Positions 27,031 through 40,530 of a stretch of DNA of 64,000 nt are shown one piece after another (within the stretch, counting starts at the first letter, position 1; each line of letters starts with the position of its first letter). The stretch is from Lama glama. Lineage: Eukaryota. A program made the position numbers and the translations under genes. The notes below the pieces were generated by a model. The model was not told where the DNA came from. It ran no database searches and saw only the letters and a program-made list of their open reading frames with translations. The DNA is taken from contig CM052818.1 in NCBI GenBank assembly GCA_028534125.1, forward strand, positions 43,960,001-44,024,000, written 5' to 3'.

Positions 27031-27846
27031 CCAAAGAAAGTGGGGTCAGATAAAGTTCTTTAGGGTCCCGGAGAAAATGGAAACTTGCAGGCAGAAATAT
27101 TTTTCACCTTCTCTCTCTCTGTGTCGTCTCAAATTTCCCCTCTTTGCTTCCCCTGCTATCAGGAAATCCCCCCCCCAACAAAAAAAAAAGTGGCTGTGGC
27201 CCTTTTTCTCCTATATGAACCCAGCTTTTTCCTTCACATGGCATTTTATTTAGGTTGAAGAGCAGTAACATTCACAAGACACTCTCCCCGTAATCATGGA
27301 ATCCCAAACCATCTTCCTTGTGATGTTATGCTTTGCTGTTAGGAAGGCTGGATCCTGACAAGGGGACCAGGCAGCGAGGTCTGTGTGTCAGCTCGCCCAT
27401 TGTCAGGAAGCTGCTGCCTGCAGGGGTGGGCTCCATGAGCTCTACTGATAAACCAGGAAAGGGCATCTCAGAAGGTGCAAGGATTCATCTGCATCCTTAT
27501 GGAGACAGGATGTGGCAAAGTCTGGAAAGGAAGAGATCCCAGCCCCTTGTGCAGGGTGGGCAAGAAAGGTGGGCTGGAAATTGCTCTGACTCTTGGCTCA
27601 TTGAGACTGCTCCATTACAGTCCCTTAAAGGGATAACATTTGCATTTGTTGAGTTGCATAAAAAGCCGGGCAGTAAAAAGAAAAAATAAATAAATAGGGT
27701 GCATTGCTGAGGGGAAAAGAAGGTGCAATTGTTTTTTTTCTGGGTACAAAAACCTAAAAAACAAAGCAAGACAAAAACAAACAAACAAACAGAAGCCAAG
27801 CAGCCAGGCACTGGGCTGGGACCTGTGTACATTTCAGTGAATCCTA

Positions 27847-27907
27847 CCGCAACCCGGCAACTCGGCAACTCGGCAACTCGGCAACTCAGCATCTCAGCAA
27901 CTCGGCA
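27847..27907. repeat. 8-bp tandem repeat (cggcaact)n, about 7.5 copies
   Basis: ccgcaacc cggcaact cggcaact cggcaact cggcaact cagcatct cagcaact cggca. Confidence 0.95.
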
Positions 27908-30222
27908 GGAGAAGAGCTATTCCCACCTGTCGGATGAAAGTTCTGAGCCCTGAGACCTGACAGGCTGGTGACCTGATGTACCACTGAGAGACGCTCCTGA
28001 TAAATCCCAGCAAGCTTTGAGGAATGATGTCTGGTGGCAGAGAGAGCCTCATTGTTGACCCCCTTTATGTAGAGAATATAAACCCCACAGCACCCCAACT
28101 CCCGTTGCAGGCACCCGTGGACCCGTTTTTACTCTCCTTACTTTTGTCTCCCTGTGGGGGAAGTTCCTGGCTGACCCCACAGCCCCTTCTATCATTCTTG
28201 TTTCAACTTTGCTTCTCTCCATGTTCACCTTCCCGAAGGCTCAGAGAATTCTGGAACTATTCCCCGAGAAGGAGTAGTATGACTTGGAATGAGATGAAAC
28301 AGGGGTCTTCACTACGTGCATCCATATTTGGAAATAAATGGCCACCAGCCGTTTCCCAGCAGGACATTTTAGTTTTTAAGGATTTCTGTATTACAATGAG
28401 CACAGACAGGATGTGCCCCTCCAGCTGCTCCCACGTGACTTCCCCCACCTTCAACCTCACCCTCCCTCACACAGATACACATAAAGGCAAAAAGAATTAT
28501 GAACCAAACCAAACACGAGCACAACAAGTAACTCCCACCCTCACAGCCCCCCCCCCCCCGGTCAGCGGTCGCTGTGGGCAGCCATTGCCAACCGGTGCCT
28601 CAGGTCTGGGGCCACGCGGCAAGGTGGCTGCCTGTCACATCGCAGCCCCAAGAACTGTGAGGGTGAGAAAGGGGTGCTCACCGGATGTGCTCTGTAGTTA
28701 GCCCTTCTCAGAGTGGCCTCTTTGTCAACCTCAGATCAAAGGAGGATGGCTTCCTCCAGAGAGAAAGGTAGTAACAGCTGAATTCTTGGCAAAGCAGAAA
28801 TTTCATTTCCACAGCTCCCTAAGAGTGCTGGACGTGACTAGGGTGAGAAAGTACCGAGCGTAAGCACCCGATCTGGAGAACCTAGGGTGAGCTGGGCCCT
28901 GGGCTGAGCACCTTACTATCTACAATCTCGTCATCATTCCTTGGGGCAAGCACCGCAAAGCCAGGCGCTCATCCCCATTTTAGAGGATGAGCAGGTCGCT
29001 TCCCTAAGAGCGCACGGCAAGTGCACAGCGGGGGCTGGGAGCCAAGGGGTGTTTTTTTCTTTTCTGACTCAGAGTTTATTCTCTAGCAGCAGTACTGCCC
29101 CACTCTCCACAGGGTACAGCTGCGGGGCAGGGCTGCCTCTGGTGGGGAAGGATGCTAGGATGTAAGCCGAGGGAGCGCATCACGTCGGTGTCTGCAGACC
29201 TTCTGCGCTGGCTTTGCTCCCCATGGGCGGTGTGAATTGGGTTTGTCTGTGGGACTCTCTGGCCCTCCAGAGGGGCTCTTTCTTATTATCCTGTCTTTGC
29301 GGATCTGCATATTGCTGCACACGCCCTGCTCAACACTTTCCCAGATCCTTGGTAGTCCTACCCACCCGCACCTCCCTCTCCACACTGCTTGTCCAGCACA
29401 GCCATTTAACTCTTCTACACCGAAATTTCTGCTTTTCATCTGGGTAATCAGGAGGCAGGACTGCAGCATCCTACCCTACTCATGAGTTAGAACAAGCAAA
29501 CAAAACAAAACACAAACAAAGCCAGGAAAGATGAGCATCTCTCAAAGTTGAATCTAGCTGAAAATGAAATGAGGACAAAATTAAGTCATACATGTGAATA
29601 AGAGGCCAGGAATCTAAGAATTCATTCCCGTTGTGTTCTCTGCTTCTCTGGGTCCCTTCACAGCCAAGCCCTGTGCTAGGCTTATAGCATATGTTCACTA
29701 TGTCCTGTTAAATCAGCAGATGAATTGATGTCCATGTGAAACAAAGCCCGAAGGCAATGTTGGCAGCCCCTTAAGCGGAGCTGGGAGCTCCAGAGTCTGA
29801 CTCAACACCGTAAATTAGGTCAGTGTTTGTTTCTGTTATTTACAAATTAATTCAATTGTATTCTCAATTGATCATTTTGATCAGTCTTGCTGACTGGGGA
29901 ATTGAGTCAGTTACATACAAAACCTAAGTACTCCTCCCATCTCAGAATGAGCCACAGCCTGATAGATGACAAAGAACATCTGACAATTGATTGACTGAGT
30001 GACCTCAAGAGGAGGACGCAGAGGAAAGACAGAGACTGCATGTCTTTAGAAGATTTAACATTTCAAAATCTCAGTCTCATCCTCTGTGAAATAAGGATGG
30101 ATTATGAAAATAATATAATAACAATCATAATAAAATAAACTATAATTTAATGAGCTACTACCAGGTCCGGAGCATCATGTTTTTAAAGTTTTCCTTTCTT
30201 TCTCTCTTTCTTGTTTTCCTTC

Positions 30223-30490
30223 TATGAAGGTTAATTTTATCTGTCAAATTGGCTGGACCACGGTGCCCAGATACTTGATTAAACATTATTCTGGATGTTT
30301 CTGTGAAAGTTTTTTTTTTTGGATAAGATTAACATTTAATTGGTTGAATTTGGAGTAAAGCAGATTGCTTTCCATTATGTAAATGGATCTCACTGACCAA
30401 AGTCTACTGGTTTGTAAGTAGTCATACTGGGACTGAATTTCAGGTCTCTCTCCCTCCAAAGCCTCTCCAGCTTCCATGGTTCCAGTTAGT
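30223..30490 (+). mobile_element. MLT2 (ERVL LTR) fragment
   Basis: ggttaattttatctgtcaaattggctggaccacggtgcccagatacttgattaaacattattctggatgtttctgtga...gagtaaagcagattgc. Confidence 0.85.
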
Positions 30491-31139
30491 GAATTTTGAC
30501 ATGCTATGCAAATGAGTGGGCCACCCTTCTGGTGGTTCTTGTACAGAGCACATCTGGTGTGGTTTCTCATCACTTGTCAATAGTGCAACTTCCAGAGCCT
30601 CCGTGAAACAGTCAAAGACTCTGGCAGATCTCTGGGGCCACACAGAGCCTGACACCAAGTATGTACGTCTCTCCTCTGTTGTATTTTGCAAATAAAGCAG
30701 ACATTTCACTAGTGTTAACATGTCATTTCACGGAAAATAATTAAAAAGTGCATTCCACCCGTGGGCCTAGTCCACGTGAGCTGCAGGTGAAGCCACCTGC
30801 CTCTTCAAACTCCCCTTACCCTCTTGTCCTCCTCATTCCCGTTTCCCTGCCTGAGCTCAGATTTCCATCAGCTCCTCTGCCCCTGCCAGCAGTGTGCTGC
30901 TTACAAACCATTTTCCACAGCACACACAGGATGATGTGTTTAAACGGGAACTCTGACTACACTTCTTCCCTTACCCCCAGGCAAGAGCCTATCAATTGCA
31001 TGATTGCTCACAGGATCAAGTCGAAGCTTCTCAGTACCATGAAGTCCCTCATTATCTATTTTCTGCCTTAATATTGTTTCTCCCTGACCTTCCATCTTAC
31101 CTTATCCTCGATCCATAATAGATGAGAGGCATTTCCCCC

Positions 31140-31518
31140 TGTGGTAGGTTTTATTATTGTTTAAAATACTCAGGGCCACTCCTTACTGTGCATCTCAGTG
31201 TGGAGCATTAAACAAATCAGCCCTTGGCCATGTGGCTGGCTTTGGCCAATGAAATGCAACAGGAAGTGACACATAGCACTTGTAACCCATCATGACATTT
31301 TACCACACATCTTCTTTGTCTTCTGACAGGAGACCCACATGTTCTAGTTGGGGGCTGCTTCTTCAGCCTGGATTCCAGAACAGAGATGCTGTGGAATCCA
31401 TCCTAAACGATCTGTGATCATCATGTGAAATGAACAAGAAATTCAGGTTTATTGTAAACGTCTGAGATTTTAGGGGTTGCTGGTTACCATCATGTAACAA
31501 TCTGTGCTGACTGAACCC
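31140..31518 (+). mobile_element. MLT1I/J-like MaLR LTR within L2
   Basis: tgtggtagg...ttggccatgtggctggctttggccaatgaaatg...ggaagtgac...ctgagattttaggggttgctggttacc...gctgactga. Confidence 0.8.
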
Positions 31519-32839
31519 TGTCTGACTCTGAATTGGGGGACTCTTCTTTTAGTGTTCACTGTGCCATGAACTCTATTTTATTATAGTACTTATTATATGA
31601 AATGGGATTTGATTTTACACACTCATCTTCCCTATTAGCGGGAGAAGCCCTCAAAGGGCAAGAGATTGTGTGCTTATTTATCAATATACCTCCAGTGCCC
31701 AGAACAGACTGGCATTTGGAACATGTTGGCTGAATGTTTGAATGTTAGGAATCAAAGAGATTATGATCAATACCTAGGATCAGAGAGAGGTGTCCATGCA
31801 ATGATGATCAGAAAGAGAGGCATTATAGAAATAATCAGAGCTTGGCATTTTCTGAGAGAAATTACAGTGTACAGTACCGAGGAAATAGTTCCAACCATGA
31901 TATCATGGTTGATATGCAACCCTTCAAAAGACTTTTCCACTAAACTCCTAAACCATGTGGATTCACTTTTCCTTTACAGTTGCCAAGAAGAAAGTAACAA
32001 CCTTCACAACATCCTTGCCTTTAAAGGAAGACAAGATTTGATTGTAAGTTAAAGATGATAAAAAAAGGATCAACTCTCCTTCAGTCACAATTCATAATAA
32101 ACCCTCCTGACACAGGCCCTTCTGCCTTGACTGACCTGAGATGTCACGCACTAATAGCTACTGTTAATTCTGTTTTCCACTGTACAACTTCTCTTGCCTT
32201 GTTTTAATATTATCCTGATACCAACAATTTACACTGCCCATGTTGGTAGATACCAGGGCATACGAAATGTGTCTAAAGCATCTAGAGGAAGGCAAAATTT
32301 CTTGAAAAATTAAACCCATGGGAAAATGCAAGAATGGATAACTGATTCACGAATCCATTTATTGATTGAAAAATGAACATTGAGGGGCACTGGGTACTGA
32401 TCAGCTACTAACATCCCTGCCGAACGACTCTTCCCATTCTAAGAATTGGTCATTAAGAAGATACCTTGAATCTTTTTTTACTTGACTTTTGCCATCTGCT
32501 TTCCCATAACATTAGATACTCAGAGACAGGTGTGCTTTTGAAATTATTAACCCCATGTAACTTATTTGACTGGGGTCAAGTCTGAGAAAAAATGACTCAC
32601 TCAAGGTCAAACAATGAATTGGTCGCCAAAGTGAAGACTAGAACCAGAGGACCTTGTGTCCTAAGCTCTATTTCCCTCCTTTCCCCCCTTCATTTGAGAA
32701 TATTTTTTGAAAGATTTATTGAAGAGAGTTTCAAGGGGAGTCAAGGAGCCTCAATCATGTTTTTCAGTAATCACATAAGTGATTTCATAGAACCTCTAAA
32801 TTTATTTATTTGGACTTCAATATGTGGTCTATACATCAC

Positions 32840-33050
32840 CACGAGGTACAGCTCTGGAGTGTGGGCATCAGCCCTGGGTTGGCGTCCTGGCAATCTCCTG
32901 GTCACTGCGTTCTCTCGGACAAGTCACTGAACAGATCAGACCCTCAGTTTCCTTTTCTGTTAAGCATGTACAAGCTACCTACCCATTGTGAGGATTGCAT
33001 GAGACAATGCCTGAGAAGGTGCCCCGGACACTGACAGGGAGCAGGCTGCT
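32840..33050 (+). mobile_element. MIR SINE
   Basis: ctctggagt...ggacaagtcactgaac...cctcagtttccttttctgt...ttgtgaggattgcatgaga. Confidence 0.8.
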
Positions 33051-33594
33051 GCAGGCCATCACCATGTTAGATGTGTTTTTATACACTAGGAGTTCAGATG
33101 AGTTACCATCTTTCTGTTCAACTAGGCCAAGTGTAAGCTTAGAATTTCCTGAATACATAATTTCATTGTTACGCATAGTGTTAGCATGTGAGATTTAAAA
33201 ACACATATTTTTTCCCCTCTCCTCATTAGTTACAGCATGCGATTTTGCAGTAAAAACATTTCCTTTGTGACTTTCATAAAATCACTGTGATTTCCTAATA
33301 AGGAAACACACTCAAAGTCTACCCAAGGCCTCTATTTTCTGCTACTTAGGGGCTGCAGAGTCCAGGCATAATCACTAGGGCTGTCACACTGATTTGCCCA
33401 CTCAAGTTTCTAATGGGCAGCACAAAGCATCCAAAAAAATAAAGCAAAAGAAAACAAAAAGGAGTTTTTATGAGAGTTTCAGGTTTATATTTATAAAGGC
33501 TTTTATGCCAACCAACGTCATGACAAATTCCAGTGCAGACCAGAAAAATAGATGGTTGTTCAGCCAAAGGTCCATTGTGATTGACTAACCGATT

Positions 33595-34340
33595 GATAGG
33601 TTCATTTATTTATTCAGCACATATGTGCCAGGCCCTGGGATGCAAAAATGAATCGGAATGCTCCTGCTCTCTAGGTGCCCAAGTCTAGGAAGAGCAGGAG
33701 ACACATAAGCAAGTAGGTACAATGGTATGTTGTAGACTCTCTCCTGGAATTCTGCACAGGGAACAGAATATTGGGGGTTGGGGAGGAGATAATAGGTCAA
33801 GAAAGGCTCCTTAGGAGGGACTGAAGGCTAAATAGACATTTGACAGACAGTTGTATCAGGACGGAAGAGGGAGCTGGATGGTCACTTAGAAAGTGGGACA
33901 GCTGAGGGGAGGGATTAGCGCAGTGGTGGAGCACGTGCTTAGGATGCATGAGTCCTGGGTTCAATCCCCGGTACTTCCATTAAAACACAATAATAAAATA
34001 AATTTCAAAATAAAAAATAATAATAAAAAAAGAAAGTGGGACATGTGTGAGCATGGACATGAGACTACAGAAGAATTTGGGGATAAGAAACAGATCCTAA
34101 TGTCTAAGGCCATGTAGGACAGTGGGGAGAGGAAGGGGAGATGAGGATTGGGAAGATGAAAAGCTGGAGAAGCAGATAAGGGGCTTGAGGGTAAGTAAAG
34201 CAGTGGATTGAACCAGGAAGGGAGAGCAAGGCTGGATTCAAGAGGTGTTTGAGAGGTAACGTCATGGGACATGTCCTTGCGGGAGAGGGCGGAGTCAGGA
34301 CGACTCATAGATTTCCAACGTGATCTACTGGAAACACGGC
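33595..34340 (-). mobile_element. L2 fragment (host of the SINE below)
   Basis: ttcatttatttattcagcacatatgtgccaggccctgggatgcaaaaatgaa...gtcaagaaaggctccttaggagg. Confidence 0.75.
33901..34030 (+). mobile_element. Camelid tRNA-Ala-derived SINE (short form)
   Basis: ggattagcgcagtggtggagcacgtgcttaggatgcatgagtcctgggttcaatccccggtacttcca plus A-tail; perfect TSD agaaagtgggaca at 33888-33900 and 34031-34043. Confidence 0.9.
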
Positions 34341-35252
34341 AGCACTCAGCTGCGAAAGGAAATCCAAAAGGAAGAGACTGTTTGATTTGTCTTGTCTTTT
34401 GATTTCAAGAAATAAAATTAGATTCTTATTTATTTGTAAGTAAAGATTTTTCTTGGCTGGTAGCTCAGGAGACCATAAAAGAACACTTGACCTTACATAA
34501 ATGCATTAACAAAAAATTGTTGACAGCAGCAGAAAGAAACATGGATCTATAAGGGGGAGAGAAAAAAAAAAAAGGAAAATGGAATCGATGGAGTTGGACA
34601 GACCCAGCTTCAAATCTTGGCTGCCACCAACTACAATTGGTCTTTGAGGACAGTTATTTAAGTTCTCTCAGTCATGGGAACGCACCTGGGTTAACGCTCT
34701 GTTAATTAAATATGCTACTGGATAGAAATGCTGAAAGTGTTGGATACATTTTCTGCCTTCTTCCCCTTCCTTGCTTCTGTTGTATTTGATGTAGCCCAGA
34801 TTCCCAGGCTGAAGTTGAAGGAACCCAACATCCTCCGGCATCCGAATCATTCGTTGTCTGTTCCTATCCACCCCTCCTTCCGTCAGCAATCCCTAGGTGA
34901 TAACTGGCATTTACAACCTTCCACAAGATGGGGTTTCCTCCTTTAAGACCTCCCTCTGCTGAAGTTCTCCCAGGCATTCTGCTGGCGCACTCTCTCTCCA
35001 GCTCTCTAATGCATTTAAACTCATTATTTCCTCTGATGGCATTTTATTTTGGACCTTATAACATGCTCATGTTTCCTCCAATTTAGAAAACACAAATCAA
35101 AACAAACCAGCAAGGCTGCTGCTTCCGTGCCATGTTTTTCCTCCTTGCCATCCTGCCTGGAGCCCGGCAGTGTCAATACATCTCCCCTGAACATCATTTC
35201 ACCCTCGTCCCCAAACCTCCTGTACATGGATTCTTCACTGAACTGAAGATAG

Positions 35253-35752
35253 NNNNNNNNNNNNNNNNNNNNNNNNNNNNNNNNNNNNNNNNNNNNNNNN
35301 NNNNNNNNNNNNNNNNNNNNNNNNNNNNNNNNNNNNNNNNNNNNNNNNNNNNNNNNNNNNNNNNNNNNNNNNNNNNNNNNNNNNNNNNNNNNNNNNNNNN
35401 NNNNNNNNNNNNNNNNNNNNNNNNNNNNNNNNNNNNNNNNNNNNNNNNNNNNNNNNNNNNNNNNNNNNNNNNNNNNNNNNNNNNNNNNNNNNNNNNNNNN
35501 NNNNNNNNNNNNNNNNNNNNNNNNNNNNNNNNNNNNNNNNNNNNNNNNNNNNNNNNNNNNNNNNNNNNNNNNNNNNNNNNNNNNNNNNNNNNNNNNNNNN
35601 NNNNNNNNNNNNNNNNNNNNNNNNNNNNNNNNNNNNNNNNNNNNNNNNNNNNNNNNNNNNNNNNNNNNNNNNNNNNNNNNNNNNNNNNNNNNNNNNNNNN
35701 NNNNNNNNNNNNNNNNNNNNNNNNNNNNNNNNNNNNNNNNNNNNNNNNNNNN
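35253..35752. other. Assembly gap (500 N)
   Basis: Run of exactly 500 N. Confidence 1.
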
Positions 35753-36349
35753 AAAACCATGAGCTCCTCTCTCCTTTTCTTTAAAAGATACACCCCTTCT
35801 CCATCAGGAATTTTACCTACAGATCTTCCAAACGGCAGGGCTGCAGAAAGACATAAGGTAAAGAATCTATTAAAATAAGGGACCAAGCATCATCACATGG
35901 GAGGTTCATGGCAGAGAGGACTGAACGATTTGGAGTTTTCAGCCCAATCATCCCCCAAGTTGGATGAGCCCCTCTGGACAGAGGCCGGCTTCCTTTTGGC
36001 TGTCAGCCCTGCTGTTCCAGGGTCCAGCCTCACTCGTCTGAGACCAGGACCTCGAACACCCGTAAACTCGCTGGTTGTTGCAAAGTTCCCTAAACAAAAT
36101 GGTACGTGATGAGGCAACGCAAGGACAGATTTCTATCCTTCCACATTCCAGTGCAAGCTGGGGCTCAGACTCCCAGAAACTTCCTCTGCCCTGAGGGGTC
36201 CCCGGTTCTCAGCTTTCAGTCACTCTTTTCATCTCTTCGGTCTCTGAGCAGAATCCCTGCCTTGGTTGATAACGTTCCCTGGACTCACGGAGTTATCCAG
36301 GCACAGCGTTGCAGGTACCAGTTTATTTTGAAGCAAACATTTACAGCTG

Positions 36350-36665
36350 AAGAAGTCAGCTTCTATCTGAAATGAGTCAGACAGAGAAAGACAAATACTG
36401 CATGATATCGCTTACACTTAGACTCTAAAAAAAATACAACAAACAAGAGAATATAACAAAAAAGAGGCAGACTCACAGATACAGAGAATGAACTTGTGGT
36501 TACCGGTGCAGAGGGGAGGGCAGAAGGTAGACACCGCTGCGTGTAAGTTAGACAGTACTGGGACGTATTGCACGACACGGGGATGCAGCCAATAGTTTGT
36601 AGTATCTGTGAATGGAGTATAACCTTTTAAAAGTGTATTAAATAAATAAATGAATAAAATAAAAT
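36350..36665 (+). mobile_element. 5'-truncated artiodactyl-type L1 3' end
   Basis: tgaaatgagtcagacagagaaagacaaatactgcatgatatcgcttac...gcagactcacagatacagagaatgaacttgtggttacc plus A-rich tail; TSD aacatttacagctg (36336-36349) / aacatttccagctg (36666-36679). Confidence 0.9.
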
Positions 36666-37011
36666 AACATTTCCAGCTGTGGTACAAGAGCACACTCGCT
36701 CCATAGATGGAAATAATTGGCATAAGGTACTCAGAATCTAAGACCAGGGAGATGAAGGAGCGACAGAATAACATTTTTGAAGCAGTATTTTAAAAGTTTT
36801 TCAAATGTTTCCCGATCGGCCGGGCTTTGAGTGTATTTACACAGATGCGTCTTTCATCTCCATGTTCTTCAGCTCGGGCAGAGTCAACGTTCACACGTGT
36901 TTCTGATTCGGTCCCACTTTGTTACATCAACATGTTGTTTTGTCTAAGTTATTTAATACTGGAAAAAAAATCCTCCAGTAGCGTGTGTCTCTTTTGGAGA
37001 AGGAAGAGACA

Positions 37012-37182
37012 TGGAACCGACTACAGAATTTGCAACGCCCAGGGCAAATGTGCAGCCCTTATTAAAAAAGCTGTTAAGTATTTCAAGAGATGACCAAAGA
37101 TCATTAAACCAAGCCTGGGACCTTTCTGAGGGCAGGATCTTAGAAGACTGCCCGGGTCACTGGCCCGTGAAACCACCTTGGA
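37012..37182 (-). mobile_element. MER45A-like hAT-Tip100 MITE
   Basis: accgactacagaatttgc...gcccagggcaaa...ttaagtatttcaaga...cattaaaccaagc...ttctgag...gactgcccgggtcac...cccgtgaaacc. Confidence 0.75.
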
Positions 37183-40100
37183 CATTTCAGAGAGCTCAAG
37201 TGCAATGGTCAAAGGCCTTCAGGCTGGCATCTTGCCCACATTCTTTAAAACATGGATTCAAAACTGATGACACAGGGCTGTCTAAGTGCAATGGAGTCCA
37301 CAGTTGGGAGAAGGCTCTTGTCTGTGCGTCCATTCACCACCCACACATTCTGTGAGGGTTTGCTGGGTACCGCGGATGCTGCTTGAGGCTGGGGATGCAA
37401 AGATCTGTAAGGAAAGGCACTGCTTGTTATTTCTGTATCCCCAGCATGAGAGAGAGGCTGCTATACACATTTCATGAAAGGCCATTTGAATATATGGGCT
37501 GACTGAGGAACTCCCATAGAGAGACCACAGACAGGACATGGTCCAGGGTGATAACCGCGCTGGGTGAGGCACTTGTGGAAGAAACGTTATCCTTCTCACT
37601 TGATTGCATCATGATGCCTACACAATCTCAACCACCCCCACAACCCTGACTACCTTCCTGCTGTTAATTCCACAGGCATAGGAGTTCCCAGCCTCTGGTT
37701 TGGACATCTACACGGTGACATGAAGATGGCACGAGCAATGCTGCCCAGGAACACGGTGGAAGCAGGAGGCAGCCTGCTCAGACCCGCGGACATGGCACGT
37801 TCCTCAGTCCACGGCAGACAGAATCGCTGCGATCCTAAAGACAGAAAGTCCACCCTTAGCCATTCCTCTACCAGATACATCCCAATCCTTCATCCCAACG
37901 AGTAGGATCTTGAACATGGTACCCTAAGGTGGTAGTGATGGAGGTGATGACTTACTTTCACTGTACAGCATCATGTATGGAAAACATACAAACCAGCTCT
38001 TAGTCTGCCCTGGTGACAAAGCCCATGCAAGCCGGGCTAGGTTCTGAGCATCTTCTGTGTGCAGGTGACGACTCTAGCTTGGTGCCTTGGTTCTGTGAGA
38101 TCAGGACTTCTCTCTCAATTTGACTTATGAGGAAACTGAAGCCAAGAGAAATCAGATGCCCTTCCCAAGTGGGTGCTCCACCCAAGATGCCCGGGCTCCA
38201 GCTCTCTGTATACTGCACACAGCTGGGGCCTCGGCAACCTTTTCTGCGAAGTGAGAAGCAAACCTCTGTTCTGGCTACGTCAAGGTTTGCTGAAGGTCAG
38301 ATATAGGGATGGATTAAAACCACCTTGAAAACTGTGAAGCATTGCAATGGATATGTAAATGACTATCATTATTTTTCAGCAAAGAGAAATACACATTATA
38401 TTCAAATAACATTATGAGAAGAACATGGTATATGTATTGCTTTGTATTCTTTGCCAAGTCTCAGAGCAATTATTTTAATTTTTATTACCTGATTATAAAA
38501 ATCACATGTGCTTATTGTGAAAAATACAAGTGATACAGACAAAAAAATAGGGCAAATGCCCCTATATCCCAGACCCTAATGGTAAATATTTATATCTTGT
38601 GTCTTCTATATGCATGGGCCCATGAAACACATTGTTGAGAGAAGACTGTATCATGTAGGAATATGCACACTGTTTACATCCTAAAATTACATCTTAAAAT
38701 TTATCATTCATTCCTTCATTCAACATGGCTGAGTTTCCACTGTTTTAGACACATGCTAGGTCCTGGGGAGTAAAGATGAGCGATGCGGAGAGTAAAACTG
38801 AGCAAGGCAGGTAGAACCAGGCAGAGTAATGACAAAAATGAACCTGATCAAATCTCATGAGGGTGTTGGAAAGAAGAATATGTGAAATGAAACTAGAGGA
38901 CAAAGAGGAGTTATTAGAATAAAGGGAGGCTGTTTAGGAGGGGCACAATCTGTGTGTAAGGACAGGACAGAGCGCAGCACGCAGCAGGAACGTGGAATGA
39001 AAACAAGACGATTATGGCCGGGGCTCAAAGAGCAAATGATGAGATGTAGTGTATGGAATGGCCCCGTCATTTAAACTTTATGTGAAATATCGTTTTGAAG
39101 GTCTGGTGCATTTTGAAGGTCTTCACTGCAAAACTTTAAAACGTGAGGAGGGTGCAGGTTGCAGAAAATCCGCCTCACCTCCGGCTTACGAGCTGGGACG
39201 CTTTCTTTCCCCGATTCTAAGTAGCTTCATTATCTTTGTCATCATGCATCTATCTCAGAGCAATCAGAGAAAGCTGCCTAAAACTACTGTGTTAAAATAT
39301 ACTTATACTCTAAGATTTAGCATATAAAATGTTTCATTCTAGAGGAACACTTATTACCTGACAGATTACTTTATTCATGTGGTCTACCAGATGACGTTAG
39401 TGAAGAACTACATAACGTTCAGTTTCATGCATTAAAAAAATATATATATATATACTTATCCTCTATACTTCGATTTATCTACTTGTCTCGCTTTTTTGCA
39501 TTTTTCCCAAGTGCCTTCAAAAGTCTCAGCTGTAAGGATTTGTCTGTATTTTCTCGTAACGTGGAGCTTTGACTCCATGCAGCCTGTAGACCCAGCCCTG
39601 GCCTAAAAGGAAGGTGGAGACTCATCACCTCCTCTGTCTTAGAAGATCCCGCCTTTGGCTCTTAAAGGAAGAGAAGATGGCGGCTTGGACTTTGGTTGAG
39701 GTACGCAAGTGTTTGAGGTTTGGGGTGCCACGTCACCCCTCTGAGTCCCGGGGTCCTCACTGGTAGAAGAGGGTGAGTGGAAGTTGTGAGGATGGATGCA
39801 AAACGGGTGAGGCGTGTGCAGGCCCGGCGCCGGGGCTGGGGGGGGGGGGCTGAGCAGTGAAAGGGGGTCGTTGTGACCGAGCCCCAGACTTGCAGTCTGC
39901 GGGCAAGGCCTCCAGGGAGGAAGCGGCCGGGCCGCTCCGTGGACGGGCATTTCCTGAGCGGCCGGAGCCTAACAAACGCGGGACTGACTGGCTCCTTTTC
40001 CTCCCTGTCCTTTCAGGGGCGACCGGGTCTGCATCTCGGGTAATTGGTGTTTTTGTTCTGTGTCTGCCCCCAGCGTGATTTCACATTTTATAGGAAAGCC

Positions 40101-40369
40101 CCCAATAAACAATGAATTATAACCCCACAGTATAGGCCTTTTAAAACCCATTTGTTATTCAATTGCAAAACCCAAGAAGTTCATGCTGTGTTTGTAGATC
40201 GTGACACACTGGGAATCAGTTAATTTATTTATCTATGTTCAAAGCAGCCCCTTCTCTCTTCCTCTACAAGGTGCCTGAGCTATGGTGGGCACTGGGGACA
40301 AGGCAAGGGGGTGAGGGGCTGGATCTCAGGCATACGGACAGCTTACTAAACGGCAAATGCTCTTTTATT

Positions 40370-40530
40370 GAAACTTTCCCTATTGTGATCTGAGACAGGT
40401 TTGCTAGTGTCACCATTTTATAGAAAAGGAAATTGAAGCTCAGATTTCTGCTTGGAATTGACCGGGTGGCATGACCAGGAAGTGGGGCTGAGACCTGAAG
40501 CAGGTACCTCTGATTCCAATGACTCTGCTG
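40370..40530 (-). mobile_element. MIR SINE
   Basis: ccattttatagaaaaggaaattgaagctcaga...ggaagtggggctgagacctgaagcagg...tctgattccaa. Confidence 0.75.

Noticed and set aside
27847..27907. CRISPR-like or coding repeat
   Set aside because: Head-to-tail 8-mers without spacers, in mammalian DNA
28024..28701. Longest gap-free ORF (225 aa)
   Set aside because: No recognisable domain, low-complexity composition, runs through a poly-C tract, no splice support
35132..35886. Long ORFs spanning N-runs (also 54089-54706)
   Set aside because: Artefacts of translating assembly gaps
39060..39600. Possible hAT-Tip100 element ending cccagccctg
   Set aside because: Could not identify a matching opposite terminus or a family
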